Source of the DNA: Adineta ricciae
Lineage: Eukaryota
DNA: 64,000 bases
NCBI GenBank assembly: GCA_905250025.1
Contig: CAJNOJ010000062.1
Span: 237,974 to 301,973 of the forward strand
Reading direction: 5' to 3'
The notes beneath the pieces are model-generated. The model worked only from the letters and a program-made list of their open reading frames with translations. It did no database searches and was not told the origin of the DNA. The first letter of the stretch is position 1. Each line of letters starts with the position of its first letter. Below, one piece after another: positions 42,001 through 57,852 of this stretch. The position numbers were made by a program, and so were the translations under genes.

Positions 42001-42074
42001 TCGGGTGATTGCGACTGGCGTAATAGAGTTAAGATTTGTTGAAGATCGTCAACTTGTCCTGGTTGCCAACTCAT
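39013..42074 (-). CDS. TNPO1: Transportin-1 / karyopherin beta-2 (~916 aa), 5 exons: 41494..42074, 40741..41342, 40285..40685, 39773..40232, 39013..39719
   Basis: Collinear with human TNPO1 from [29 protein letters not shown]… through the acidic H8 loop ([11 protein letters not shown]), …[18 protein letters not shown]…[15 protein letters not shown]…[16 protein letters not shown]…[20 protein letters not shown]… to …QRLQIHYGV. All junctions are in phase with the ORF-track frames. Confidence 0.9.
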
Positions 42075-42933
42075 GTTATATTTACAGAAGATAAAATGTT
42101 GTCTCTGATGAGCTTTCCTTGTGAACGTTCTCTTTTTGACTAGATGAGATGAAAATAAGCAGAAAATCAATATCGCTGTGAAAATAGAAAAGAAGAGGAA
42201 AATAATCAAATAAATATACTCCGCTTTACATATGATTCAGCAATTTATAGATGTCGCTTCAAAATTCGATATTCTCGAAAATTTTTCTTTGTCGAAGAAA
42301 AGCATAATTTTTTGATTTCATATGAAATTTTAATTCGAGATGACACTTTTCGAAAAAGAAAGCGACGCGGTTTATTGATTGGTGAAGTCTTTTACCAGAA
42401 TCCCTCGGCCATCTTGAAATGCCACCATCGAAGAAAATTGATTTATCTCTTTTCTTCGTTCTCTACGCTCGAATGATTTGTAAGTAAAAGAAAAAGTAAC
42501 GAACAGAACTATGTTACATTTTCGATTCTAACAATTTTGTTTAGATGTTAACAGTGACAAGTACTTAATTAAATTGCTTTTGGTAAGAAAAAAACGTAAT
42601 TAAAACGTTCGAAAGATTTGTACGAAGTCATTTTTTGTGTAATTACACGTGAGAAATCAAAATTTTTCTTGATGATGTCCTTCCGTCCGAAGATATAAAA
42701 AACGAGGTGGAGTTTGTGTACCGCCATTGAAAATTGCAAGGCAATAAGAGAAGGATTAGTTCAGGAAAGTGTATGTCATAATTAGATTACAGCTGCCAGC
42801 ATGAATTATCAGAATGGGAAAGCCTATATCTCAAGGTTGAGAGGATCAAATCATACGTCAAGTTGTTTTCTATGGGCTTCATGTTTATCATCGTGAATAT
42901 TGATTTGGATTGTTTGTAGGAACTTATTTAATC

Positions 42934-46335
<3,402 letters not shown>

Positions 46336-46773
46336 TTTCTAGCTTTGCTCAGATATACATATGTATTGTCTCGTGTTCATGGTGCGATCCTTTGTTCTTT
46401 TATCCAATTTGTGCAATTTTCTCATATTTTTTAGACCCAGAAAAAATCTTCGTCTCTCTCTCTCTCATTTCTTATCATTAGCATGTTTTCTCTCTTTCGT
46501 TTTGTAATCTTTTGACGTTCCGGATCCCTACGCGTTTGTTCTGATTGCTCTAAATTCACGCTCGCTGTTTATGATTTCTTCTAATCGTTAAAAATTCTTC
46601 AGTTTTATTTCATCTGTATTATACAGCATGTAAATGAAACAATTTCAGCAATCTTTTGTATATAAAATTGCCGTTTCTTTCGATTGAAATTAACAAAAAA
46701 TATACATACGTATACCTACATATATTTGTTGTTATTTAGATTAATTTTCATATCACAGTTCTTTCAATTCATA

Positions 46774-48850
46774 ATGTCTACTGTTAAAAGTAAGAGCAAC
46801 GATACAGATTGATTCGCCTTTAGCATGTGTTTATTCTCCTTTTCAAGTTAACGTTAAATGGGGAAAAGAAGTATTCAAAGATATTGAAGTTGATACATCT
46901 TTACCACCAGCTGTCCTCAAAGCACAACTATTTTCCGTCACAAATGTTCCAACTGAACGACAAAAGATTATGGTGAAAGGACAAACCATCGGTGATGAAA
47001 CCTGGGGAAAAGTAGCATTGACAAATGGTCTTACACTTTTAATGATGGGTTCAGCTGATCCAGTACCAGAGATGCCCACGGAAAAAGTGAAATTTTTAGA
47101 AGATATGACCGAAGCGCAACTTGCTCGACACTTACAACATCCAGGTGGCTTGAAAAATCTGGGTAGGAATGTGACTTCGTCCCGCGAAACGCCATTGTTC
47201 TCATTCCTATTTCAGGCAATACTTGCTACATGAATGCGACCTTGCAATGCCTCAAAGGTGTACCTGAATTGCGTGATGCTGTTAAACAATTCCTTCCAAC
47301 TAATATTAGTCATTCCGGGCAAGGTGCTATGATGATCGATGGTACACAGATGGTCACAAGTGCATTGAAAACAACGTACCAACAATTGGATGTTACTAGC
47401 GAAGCATTTATGCCACTGACGTTTCTTGCAACTATTCACCGTGAATTTCCGCGTTTTGCTGAGAAAGATGATCATGGACATTTGATGCAACAAGATGCCA
47501 ATGAATTCTGGGTGCAATTGATGCAAGTTCTTCAGATGAATCTTCCAGGAAAGAAGCTCACTAGTGAAACAGTAGCGAGTTCAAGTGCTGACAAAAGTTT
47601 CATTGATCAATATTTTGGAATTAGTACACGAGCAACGTAATGCTACGACTTATTCGCCGAAAGGAAAAGAATCTCTCTTTTCTAGAATGAAATGTAACGA
47701 GGCACCTGAAGAACCGCCCACTGTCTCTGACGAACGTTTACTTCAACTCAGTTGTTTTATCAACCAAGGTAAACATAACTTGGAGATTCTGTATTTCATT
47801 AGCATGTTCCGTTTGTCTAGATGTGAAATATTTATTCACAGGCCTAAAAAATGTAAGTATTCCTTTGAACGAATTAACATTGCTTATAATCATCATCTGA
47901 TAACACAGAGATTGGAAGAACACATAACAAAACATTCATCAACGCTCAATCGTGATGCAATTTTTACCAAAACAGTATGATGATATTTGCGCGTTAGATT
48001 CTATCTGACGAACACATCTTTAGACACACATTTCTCGTTTACCTTCTTATTTGACAATTCAATTTGTGCGATTCTTTTACAAGGAGAAAGAAAAAATCAA
48101 TGCGAAAATTCTCAAAGTAAACTAAAGAAGCATTCATCTAGAAAACATTGCATTTCTCTTTAAACACAGGATGTTCAATATTCAATGGTGCTCGACGTTT
48201 TTGACTTATGTACACCTGAATTACAAAAACGTTTAATGCCAATGCGTGAGAAAATCAAAGCAGCTGAAGATGCTAAACTCGATCGCGAACGAGCTAAAGT
48301 ATAGCATTGCTACATAGCACACTTCGACACGAAGAAAACTGTTTATTTAGAAACTTGGTGAACCAGTAACCGAACCGAAAAATTTAACTCGATTGCCGAC
48401 ATCATTTCCCGATGGTATACTTCAGTGTTTGATTTCGATGCGACAAAGAATTTTTTTCACTTGTTTAAATAGATTTGGGTTCGAATAATAGCGGCTTTTA
48501 TCAGTTAAATGCTGTTCTTACACACAAAGGTCGATCTAGTTCCAGCGGACATTATGTCGCATGGGTTCGTCGTAGTCAGAGTAAGAACGAAAGAATATTT
48601 ATCTTTCGATTGAGTGATTTTATTTGTTCTATTAGATGAATGGCTTATGTTCGATGATGAAAATGTCACTCCAGTGACAGAAGAAGATGTTCTGAAATTA
48701 TCTGGAGGCGGTGATTGGCATACCGCTTATTTACTCATTTATGGTCCACGAACGATCGAATACGAAGAAAAGTCGAATGACGGTGCCAGTGGCGAAGCTA
48801 ATGCTACCGCAATGGATACAACAACATCAGCCAATGGTGCCAGAACTTAG
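46774..48850 (+). CDS. USP14: Ubiquitin carboxyl-terminal hydrolase 14 (~514 aa), 11 exons: 46774..46789, 46848..47162, 47216..47636, 47686..47768, 47821..47852, 47909..47974, 48024..48116, 48170..48298, 48351..48414, 48473..48580, 48636..48850
   Basis: N-terminal Ubl domain (VKWGKEVFKDIEVDTSLPPAVLKAQLF…VKGQTIGDETWG…LLMMGSADPVPE), Cys box (GNTCYMNATLQCLKGVPELRDAVKQF), QQDANEFWVQLMQVLQ, …LSCFINQDVKYLFTGLKN…ISRLPSYLTIQFVRFFYKEKEKINAKILKDVQYSMVLDVFDLCTPELQKRL…, and His box (GRSSSSGHYVAWVRRSQ…DEWLMFDDENVTPVTEEDVLKLSGGGDWHTAYLLIYGPR). All are collinear with human USP14. Includes 32-nt and 66-nt micro-exons. Confidence 0.9.
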
Positions 48851-48958
48851 ATATTATGATTAGTTGACATTTCCTTTCTTTTTTTTTTAAACAAATTTGC
48901 ATTCTGTATGCGCGTCCGTGCGTGTTATCATGTTATTTTCGCGAAGCGATTTCAAACA

Positions 48959-48970
48959 AATAAAAATAAA
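48959..48970 (+). terminator. Tandem AATAAA polyadenylation signals downstream of USP14
   Basis: aataaaaataaa sits ~110 nt after the USP14 stop codon. Confidence 0.4.
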
Positions 48971-49971
48971 CAAGACACGTAATTGAAATGATCCTAAGTA
49001 TATTTAGAATTACGGTGTATGTCACTATCTTGACGCTGTGCAAATCTTGAAATCTATTGATTACTTACGTCTTCTGTTGATCACGAATGTTCTTGCTAAG
49101 TATTATCCGATGTAATTTGATAAGTCCTGACGTCACTGGCAAGTACGAATTTCTTCTTTTAAGTTTACAATCAAGGATAAAGAATTTCTGTTACTCTACA
49201 GGATCGAAAAATGAATAAATGATACAATACAAGAATTCTTGATATTAGTTCTATCCTATCGTCAATAACATTTGAATTTTAGTATAATTCGATGTTTTTT
49301 TCCCCTATCTGAAAAACATCCAATTAGGTATTTTGGAGAGCGGAAACAAACAAGTCCGGGGAGAGACACCTGCGATCGTCGATAGAAAAGAATCAACTTC
49401 AGAATTGAAATTAGATGCAGATTTTTTAAATTTCTATTAAAAGTAACAACATCGGTCAAAGCCAAAATGAACCTGGCAGATAGCACCAATTCTCATTTCT
49501 TCGAACAATAGCTCAACTTCACCCTTAACTCTGTTCAATCGTCCGAAAATCCCACTTCGGCTCCACTCCAACTCTGACAGAAAAGAAATAACTCCAGAAT
49601 TGCAGGTACCCACTTTTCTCTCTAGTAAAATAACTGCTCGTCATTCTTTACTTTACTTTGTAACAAACATTTTCTTTAAGCTTATTGTGCATAGGTAAAA
49701 TAACACCGTTTCTCAGTTCATGACATTAAAGAATGATGTGCGGCAGTGCAAACTGTTCGTGTCTTAGTCTTCCGTTGAGTATACCGTTAATATTTGCACT
49801 CTCATATACTACTATTTCAAAAGCTGCAAGAATTTTTTGTGCGACTGATTCTAATTAATATTTTCTTACAGGACATCTTTGACAATGTAGAGTACGAACA
49901 GTCTGCTCAGTAGAATTAAGTTCAAATCTTACTCCAACTACGAATGACAGTAGCACGCATATTCTAAAATC

Positions 49972-51066
49972 TTGTTTTATATTAAAGTTTCATCGCAGAT
50001 GTCCAACACCACTGATTCGACGATGGTCGCACTGTTGAATAATATATCTTCGCGATTGAATAGTTATATTACGTTCTTAGTTTTCCTATTTGGTACTATC
50101 GGTAATATCTTGAGTATAATAGTTCTTTCACAAGCAAGATTACGTGTCAATCCATGTGTTCTCTATTTTCTTGCTTCGTCTATAGCAAGTTTCGGCATTC
50201 TTTTAATTGGTTTACCCTCGCGTCTCATGGCTGGATTGACATCAACCGATCCCACGAACACAAACTCCTTGCTTTGTAAATTTCGTATTTTTGTTCTCTA
50301 CGCATTTCGAACCACAGCTGTGTGGCTTGTTGTTTTCGCGACAATTGATCGGTGGTTCGCTAGTAGTATTAATTACACTCGTCGACGTTTAAGTTCTCGC
50401 CGATTTGCTTACAAAGCTATACTGATCATTCATATTTTATCGTTCATTCTTTGGATCGAATCTCCCTTCTGCTATGGTATTAACGTTCCAGAAGCACCCT
50501 TGCGATGTTATGGCTCGTCTCAAGCTTGTCGCATATTCAACGATCTTGCTTATGCTAGTTCAACGGTGATCATTCCGTCAATTCTAATGCTAATCTTTGG
50601 CTTACTGACGATTTATAATATTCATCGAACACATCAAGCAATCCAACCGATCATTGCAATAGTTACACTGGTCGATCCAACAAAAGCACGTAAACGAAGA
50701 AAAACGCGACGGAACGAGAGGTCTCTTACGCGTATGCTTCTTCTTCAAGTCATTTTCCTCACTTTCTTCTCGTTACCACAAGCTATACATCAATTCTATC
50801 TCACATTTACCCTTCACATAACGAAAAGTTCGCTTCGGATAGCTGTGGAAAATTTCATCGTTAATCTTGACTTTTCTCTTACATATATTGGTAATGCAAG
50901 TGCATTCTACATTTATATTTTAACTGGAATCATGTTTCGTCAGTCGCTTGTCCGACTTATCCGATCGATCATTCGGCAGACAAATCTTTACCTATCAATG
51001 GTTTTCGATGATGTAATAGAATCTATCTGTTTGGTTATTCGTCGACTGGTCGTACGAAGGCATTAA
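49972..51066 (+). CDS. Intronless rhodopsin-like 7-TM G-protein-coupled receptor (364 aa; the true start may be the internal Met of MSNTTDSTM…)
   Basis: Seven hydrophobic helices. GN in TM1, DRW (a DRY variant) at the end of TM3 (FATIDRWFASS), a basic ICL3 (KARKRRKTRRNERS), an N-glycosylation site in the N-terminus, and an NxxxFY-type TM7 (NASAFYIYIL). A single uninterrupted ORF. The ligand class is not inferable. Confidence 0.7.
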   Translation: MFYIKVSSQMSNTTDSTMVALLNNISSRLNSYITFLVFLFGTIGNILSIIVLSQARLRVNPCVLYFLASSIASFGILLIGLPSRLMAGLTSTDPTNTNSLLCKFRIFVLYAFRTTAVWLVVFATIDRWFASSINYTRRRLSSRRFAYKAILIIHILSFILWIESPFCYGINVPEAPLRCYGSSQACRIFNDLAYASSTVIIPSILMLIFGLLTIYNIHRTHQAIQPIIAIVTLVDPTKARKRRKTRRNERSLTRMLLLQVIFLTFFSLPQAIHQFYLTFTLHITKSSLRIAVENFIVNLDFSLTYIGNASAFYIYILTGIMFRQSLVRLIRSIIRQTNLYLSMVFDDVIESICLVIRRLVVRRH

Positions 51067-51902
51067 ATCCTGATACTTTCTAAAGCTTTAGCTAGATGTA
51101 ATGGGCTTTGTCAGATTCTCGTTTATATTCCTGATTACTGTTGAATTGAATGACGATTAAAGAAGACATAAGTAGTCATGAAACATCTGACAAGCAGACA
51201 TCAGCTTAAAAAATGTACTCTAACGAAATTTCATGTATCATCTTGACTTTATCACATTGCACGGTCAATGTTTACAATATAACTATCGGTTTGTTATAGA
51301 TACTACAAAAACAAATAACGCTGTGCTTATTTTCATATGGAATCATTGATTATTTCTGTAAATGATCGATAAATTCTATTGCGAATAAAATATTTACGAT
51401 AGATTGACTGATGCATGAGAAGCGATGTATGTAATGAAAATCCTTCATATTACTGCATCGACAAATACACTGTGTCAATTATTTCACCTTCAATGATTAT
51501 GTTATTCGCTGATAATCTTGAAATCCTCTAACGTTTACTTACAAACAAACTATACTTTCAAGCTCTATAAGAAAAAAAAACTTCTTATTTTTCTCTCAAG
51601 TCAATCTATAATCATAACAAATCCCTTTAATACTTCTTCAACACTCACTCTTCACATATTTAGCATTCATAAGAACATATTTATTCAATCTTAAACTACT
51701 CTATGGTAACGCTCTTCCTTTTGCTTTCCATGACATACTGCCATCTGGCAAGTCGACTTGTTAGTTTTGTTCGCGCTTCCCTATAGCAAGAACAGTGCAT
51801 TACTTAGCAACCATTGCCTCGCTCAATATAGAAGTATATGTTAAGCTAGCTTACCACGACATTATAGCTTGTTGTCTGAAAGGTTGGTGGTCTTTTTTCT
51901 TT

Positions 51903-51916
51903 CTCTCTCTCTCTCG
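51903..51916. repeat. (CT)n microsatellite; further CT-rich runs at 51941..51964
   Basis: tctctctctctctc visible. Confidence 0.7.
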
Positions 51917-52117
51917 TATTTTATTGTACGAATCTAGGTTTTCTCTCTCTCCCTCGCTCTCTCGATTTATTTCTTATATAAATACAGCAACTATTCATTT
52001 GTACTCCATTCTTCGCTGTCTTCATTATTTAACGTGAGTTAGTCATCAGTTTATTGCTTTGTTCATTAATTATCGCTGATTTGTTTTTTAGAAACTTACA
52101 TTCTCAATACAATTATC

Positions 52118-52495
<378 letters not shown>

Positions 52496-53760
52496 ACACA
52501 TGAATAATCATCACCGAACTGTATTCTTAGAAAGATTCTTATTGTAAAAAAAAAAGAGAGAGAGAAAATAAAAGTCTCGTTCATCACATCTTTTATTTAT
52601 TTATGCGTGCACTTCTGTCTAATGATTATTCTTAGACATATCTGCTATTCATTATCCTGATGCGTAATACGTTCAGTATTGTTTCTACTTGTGCTCATCA
52701 AACAGAGTTGCTCCTAAGGTTATTTTCAGAGAACATGCATCGACTCGAAGAAAATCTCGCTCTACACTAATGTGATGTGATAGCTCTGATGGATCTATTT
52801 TTGAAATCATATCTTTATTGAGACGGTAGTAAGCAAGAACACATGCTAATCATTTCAATTATCACAAATCAAACAGTACGTGCTTCACTTTAACTGACAC
52901 ATAGTGCTTTGTCTACGACTAAACAGAAGTTGAAAAGTCATGGCAACCTAGACCGCCGCCATGAATCAATTGAATTTTACTATAAAATATTCGATTGTCG
53001 TTTCAAACGACTTGCCATCTATGTGTTTTCGAATGCCTATTCGAGAATATTTATGAATAGACGTTCTTCCAACGAATAGAACACAGTAAACAACATAATA
53101 ATAGCAGAAAGTGAATTAGCACATTCAGAATTGCTATTCTTCTGAACCAGAAAAACAAGTTCTTTTTTTTTCATCGTATGTTGTCGATAATATTCGAGAT
53201 ATTGACAATAGTGAAAGCAAAACTTTGAATCTACTCGTTTAAACGAAACTTGAGATATGTGTTTTTAGTGCATGACTGATCTGTCAGAAACAAGCAGAAC
53301 CGTTTTGAATTTCAAGCTACACCTATTCATCGATAAGAAGGATTAATTATGTGTGGATAAATGAAGTTTCTGTTCGATGCCAAGAAGAGTTTGAAATAAA
53401 CCAATAATAGAAAAGAATCAGTTTAATTGGTGAGAGTTTCTCCAATGAGTATTCATTTTCTGCTCACAAACAAATGTATATAACTTCCCACTGTTGAAAC
53501 ATCGAAGGAAGTGTAATATATTCGAATTTTCTTTTTCTGGCGCCTAGCACACAACGTATTTCAATCAGATCGTAAGTGACGAGTTTCATTTTCTCAGTAA
53601 CAATGCGTAAATAATTACAAGTGCATGAAGCTATTTAGAATTTCTCGTTAATTCTTTGACTGTTTCAAGTTTTAGAAAAGCAATGCTTTTTCTCCTTTAT
53701 TAATACAGAGATAAAAACGAAATAGTTCATATAATGTTTCAAAATGCGATGAACGATGAT

Positions 53761-54360
53761 CTACTCTGCGCGTTTGTACCAACGACGAGCTTTAACAGAT
53801 CCACATTCCATTTCCTATAGAATGACAAAACAAATGTAGATTTAATCATGAGAGTTTGCGAAACAGGATACATACGATCATGTGTTGACCTTTATCGTCC
53901 ACATAACGAGTAACGACTGATTTTTTACCGCTTTTATCGATCGATGTATGCACCCATTTGTTACCTTCGAAGTTAATTGTTGACTAAATAAGACAATAAC
54001 CTTCGGTGAGGATTTAAATATGAAGGAAGTACGAGTTTACTTTGACTTCACGTCCGTCAGGTGTTGTTTCATCGAATTCTTGGCCAGGCGTAAAATCATA
54101 GGTCACCGTTTTTATTGCACTCTCTGTTCGTAAGGTCCATTTACCACCGGCCTCACTAATGATGATACGAGGTTTAATTCCTTTCGCAGTCATACGTAAG
54201 GCCCAGCCGACACCGAGTTCTTTCATGTATTCATCGAAGTTCTCACCATCGACCTAAAATTTGCCCCATTGAGAAAAGCATGAAATATCGTTTATTCCAG
54301 TTTTCTACTACGTACGTAATCCCAGCTACCTTTGAGACCTTGAACTCCACTACTGTCCAT
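53761..54360 (-). CDS. FABP: Cytosolic fatty-acid-binding protein (lipocalin/FABP fold, ~139 aa), 4 exons: 54316..54360, 54041..54253, 53876..53983, 53761..53814
   Basis: MDSSGVQGLKGSWDY|VDGENFDEYMKELGVGWALRMTAKGIKPRIIISEAGGKWTLRTESAIKTVTYDFTPGQEFDETTPDGREVK|STINFEGNKWVHTSIDKSGKKSVVTRYVDDKGQHMI|EMECGSVKARRWYKRAE. The exon structure, with 3 introns at conserved FABP positions, and motifs such as xxFDEYMKxLGV and R.YKR are typical. The third donor was chosen to keep the frame. Confidence 0.8.
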
Positions 54361-55046
54361 ATCAATATGAAAAATTACGAATCTAAAATAAACCGAATCG
54401 AATAAATCTTGAGTGTACGCACAAAAACAAGTACAAAGGAAACGAAAAGGAGATAGAGGCGTGTATGCATCCCTTTTCGATAGTTGAAAATATGTTGTGT
54501 TTCATCGACGACTATGTATACGGTTAAATATAAATATATAACTTAGACGTGCGTCATCGTTGCTAATGAAAAAAAAAGAAAGAGAAACGAAGAAAAAAGA
54601 AAATAAATCGCATCTATTCTTATGTTAAATGTTGTACGTTCTGCAGCACTTGATGCATGCTGGTAACGGGTGACAGAATAGAACTACATTTCAGTGGTTT
54701 TAACAACGATAAAAACACACATGCCAACTTCTATGATGTACTAAACAGTATTTACGGTTATTATGATTAATCATAAAACATGACATTGATTGAAGTCGGC
54801 GATTCATCAACAATAAAAAAAAATAAATCTGTATGGTTCCTATTAAATTAGTTCCAATCTTGAGGGTGAAGTTCTCTTTTGAAAAGATCTGTTTTTTTCT
54901 TCTACTATCGAATCAATCAATTATTCATTGAGGCTCCTCTTCTGAATAGTTACTACACGTGCTCGTGAATGAATAATAATCACGTCAGAGTGGATTTGTG
55001 TCATTGAAATAATCATTGGATAGAAAGTGTTTTTCTAGGTTGACAA

Positions 55047-56093
55047 ATGGTGAACAGTACTGAACAAACAGCAGAAGAACTTCGTCATTACGTTCGAATC
55101 GAAAATCTGCCATATGGAATAGCTGCCAAAGACATATCGATGTATTTTAAACCATATGATCGATTTACACGTTTCTACTTAAAACGTCGCGTGGCGAAAG
55201 ATTCACAGGTTCTCTTAACTCATCCAAGGGTTACTGTAGCATATGATAATCCTGATATTGTCGATGAAATCATGATGAACCGACCATATCAAATTGGAGA
55301 TTGTAAACTATTTCTACGACGTTGCCTTCCGATTAGCAAAAAACATCCACTGGAAGCATTTGTTACTGTTCGAAAGATGATTATACGAACAAAAACAGAA
55401 CATCCTCATGATATTTTACCAGATGACATGTCAATTATTGAATACCTCTCGCCTGCCGGTGGAAAAATCGAATATTTTGAAAGATTGGATGACCAAACTG
55501 TTCTGGTACAATTCGATGATTATGATCCGGTAGATATCTGTTGTCTTTCGCGACCCCATTTCATCGGAAGTCAAGAAATTGAAATGGAAAAATGTTTGGA
55601 TGAAAAATTAGTACGAGCATCTATTGAAAAAAAACAGTAATAGCCAAAAAAACGAATTCATCAACTTGAATGACTGTCATAATCTTAATTTAGATTAAAT
55701 CATGCTTCTAACATTGATACTGATAGTGAAGCGGTGTCTACGACGTCGCCTGATCCAGTTTTGTCAATTGATGATCATATCGATCAACTGCGAGCAACTT
55801 ACAGTCAAATGACGAGTGATGCTGAACATCATCATCAAGAATTGGTAGCTTCTCTATCAGCTGAATGGGAACAAACAGCAAAGGAACGTATACGTCTTGA
55901 ACGTTTAGCAATCGATTGTAAAACGGAATGTGACCGATTAGAAAACGAAAATCGGTATTATCAAAAGTTGTATAGCGAAAGTTTAAGAGAGAAACCTGAT
56001 GTTCAAAATGAAGGTGAAGCTAAATTAAGCGATGCTTATCAAAAAACACGAAATGCACAACAAAAATACGAGAAATTATTACAAAATCATTGA
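55047..56093 (+). CDS. RRM-like N-terminal domain protein with a C-terminal coiled coil, probably 2 exons: 55047..55636 and 55694..56093
   Basis: ORF1 (VRIENLPYGIAAKDISMYFKPY…) ends at a stop that overlaps a GTAATA donor. Splicing 57 nt downstream, at acceptor aatttag, continues in phase into the 55734 ORF (…LSIDDHIDQLRATYSQMTSDAEHHHQELVASL…coiled coil…KYEKLLQNH). Without splicing these are two adjacent small ORFs. Confidence 0.45.
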
Positions 56094-57852
56094 CAATACG
56101 TGTTTTTCTTTTTAATTGTCAGATTAAATATTTTATTCAACAAATTCTACTAGAAATAAATACTCATTTTCATTTCATTCCGATTGAACCATCACACACA
56201 TTGATATCCGTATTTACAAGTAACCCGACACGTTCTTTTTTTATTCCGGTAATGTGGGTGTGCAAACAAAAGCTTTTTTTGATATGATGTCGATGATAAC
56301 AATATCGATCCTGTATATTTATCAGATAGATATGAGAAGATTTAACTTTGCTAAACGTATTCTTCTTCTGTTAGAAAGATATTGAACAACGAAAGATTTG
56401 TCTGTACATCTCCAATTGGAGATTGGCTTATGTATAACAAAATATAATTAGAAACTTGTCAACTGTATGAAATTTTCTTCACGGAAAGTTAGTAAATAGC
56501 ATTCATTCATCAACCGAGTGCTTAGCAATGGATGGCCGTTTTGTATTGATAAGCATAACTTTATCGGAAGTTTTACAAAGGACATTGAGTAGAAGCGTTA
56601 TTATTTATCGTGAAATGATGGGTTAAGGAAAAGCTGTTCGTTCGTTGAAAAAGAAAAACCTGCTTGTAAGTAAAATGATTCACATCTAGCCAGAATGACC
56701 TTCACTTTTTCTTTCAATAATCTTGATGCACCTTGTCGATAAGAAAACAATCGAATAAATGAATGCAAACACAGAAAAATCTATGATGAAAGATCAAGGA
56801 CTACACTATGAACAAGATTAAATCGAATTCGCATATGTATTTCTTCGGTTTTTGTTCATTGTTCAAATCAATATTATCAAAAAAAAAAGATTCATATAGC
56901 ATATACAGCATTTCATCGTGATGTCTCGGTTGATAAACAAACTTATACAAATTGTCGCCGACATGTGAGAATGGACTCAGCCTGTTTGTACAGAGAAAAA
57001 CAAATAAACCGTTAATAGCGAAAACTGTAGTTGCCGCAAAAAAATCAAATCATTATTGTTTTTGTCTAGAATCATCAGTCATAAAAGCATAACGAGGATA
57101 GTAATGATGTAGGCAAATCAAATCAAACAAATATTCTATTCTTTGAATATGCCTTTTTGGATTCTATACACGCGGTAGAAACAGATGTGACGACTATCGA
57201 ATAACAAATCAATTTCATTTAAGTATTGTCTTTGTCGTCTTTCTCCTACGCATTAATCTTTATGTTTGACATCAACAAGAACCTTATCGTTCGTATTCTT
57301 TTTTCCTTCTAATAAAATCATCTGATTGCACGGATCAAGGATAAGAAAACGTCGTATATAAGTATAAATATAGCTTTCGTTTATATCACCACTGAAAATA
57401 TTGACCCGATGGGGACTTGATAATATGAGAACGATTTATGATTTCCATCTGTGAATAAAGCATATCTTTGTATTTGAAAATCATAATTCAAGTTATGACA
57501 GGAAACCATTTGACTTCTCTTCGATAAAGAATACTTTAAACATATGGGTTGTTAACTGTTTTATGATTTCACATCGTTAAGAAATCCCACATAAAGAGAG
57601 CAAAAAAAAAAGATATGCGTCCTTCGTACGAAAGAAGAACTTCCGTTCGATTCGAACATTGTGTCAATATTTCAAAGTCGAAAATCCGAATTGAAAAATC
57701 GATATGAAATATTTCATTTTCTCCACCCTCGCTCTTTTTATTCCTATAACGCAATATGTCTCTACGATACGAAGGTTATCGGTACCTTCCACTTGTCAAT
57801 ATTTACCTTTCTAACACGCGGTATGCCTGTGTATAGGGTGTGATTTATATTC

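Noticed and set aside
42910-42933. The ORF-track start at 42910 for the AGAP gene, and other track ORFs that begin with M at non-ATG positions.
   Set aside because: The track evidently allows alternative start codons (TTG/GTG). The first real ATG with homology support is 42934 (MSNYNP…). I handled 6647, 16011, 18031, 45185, 55734 and 61845 the same way.
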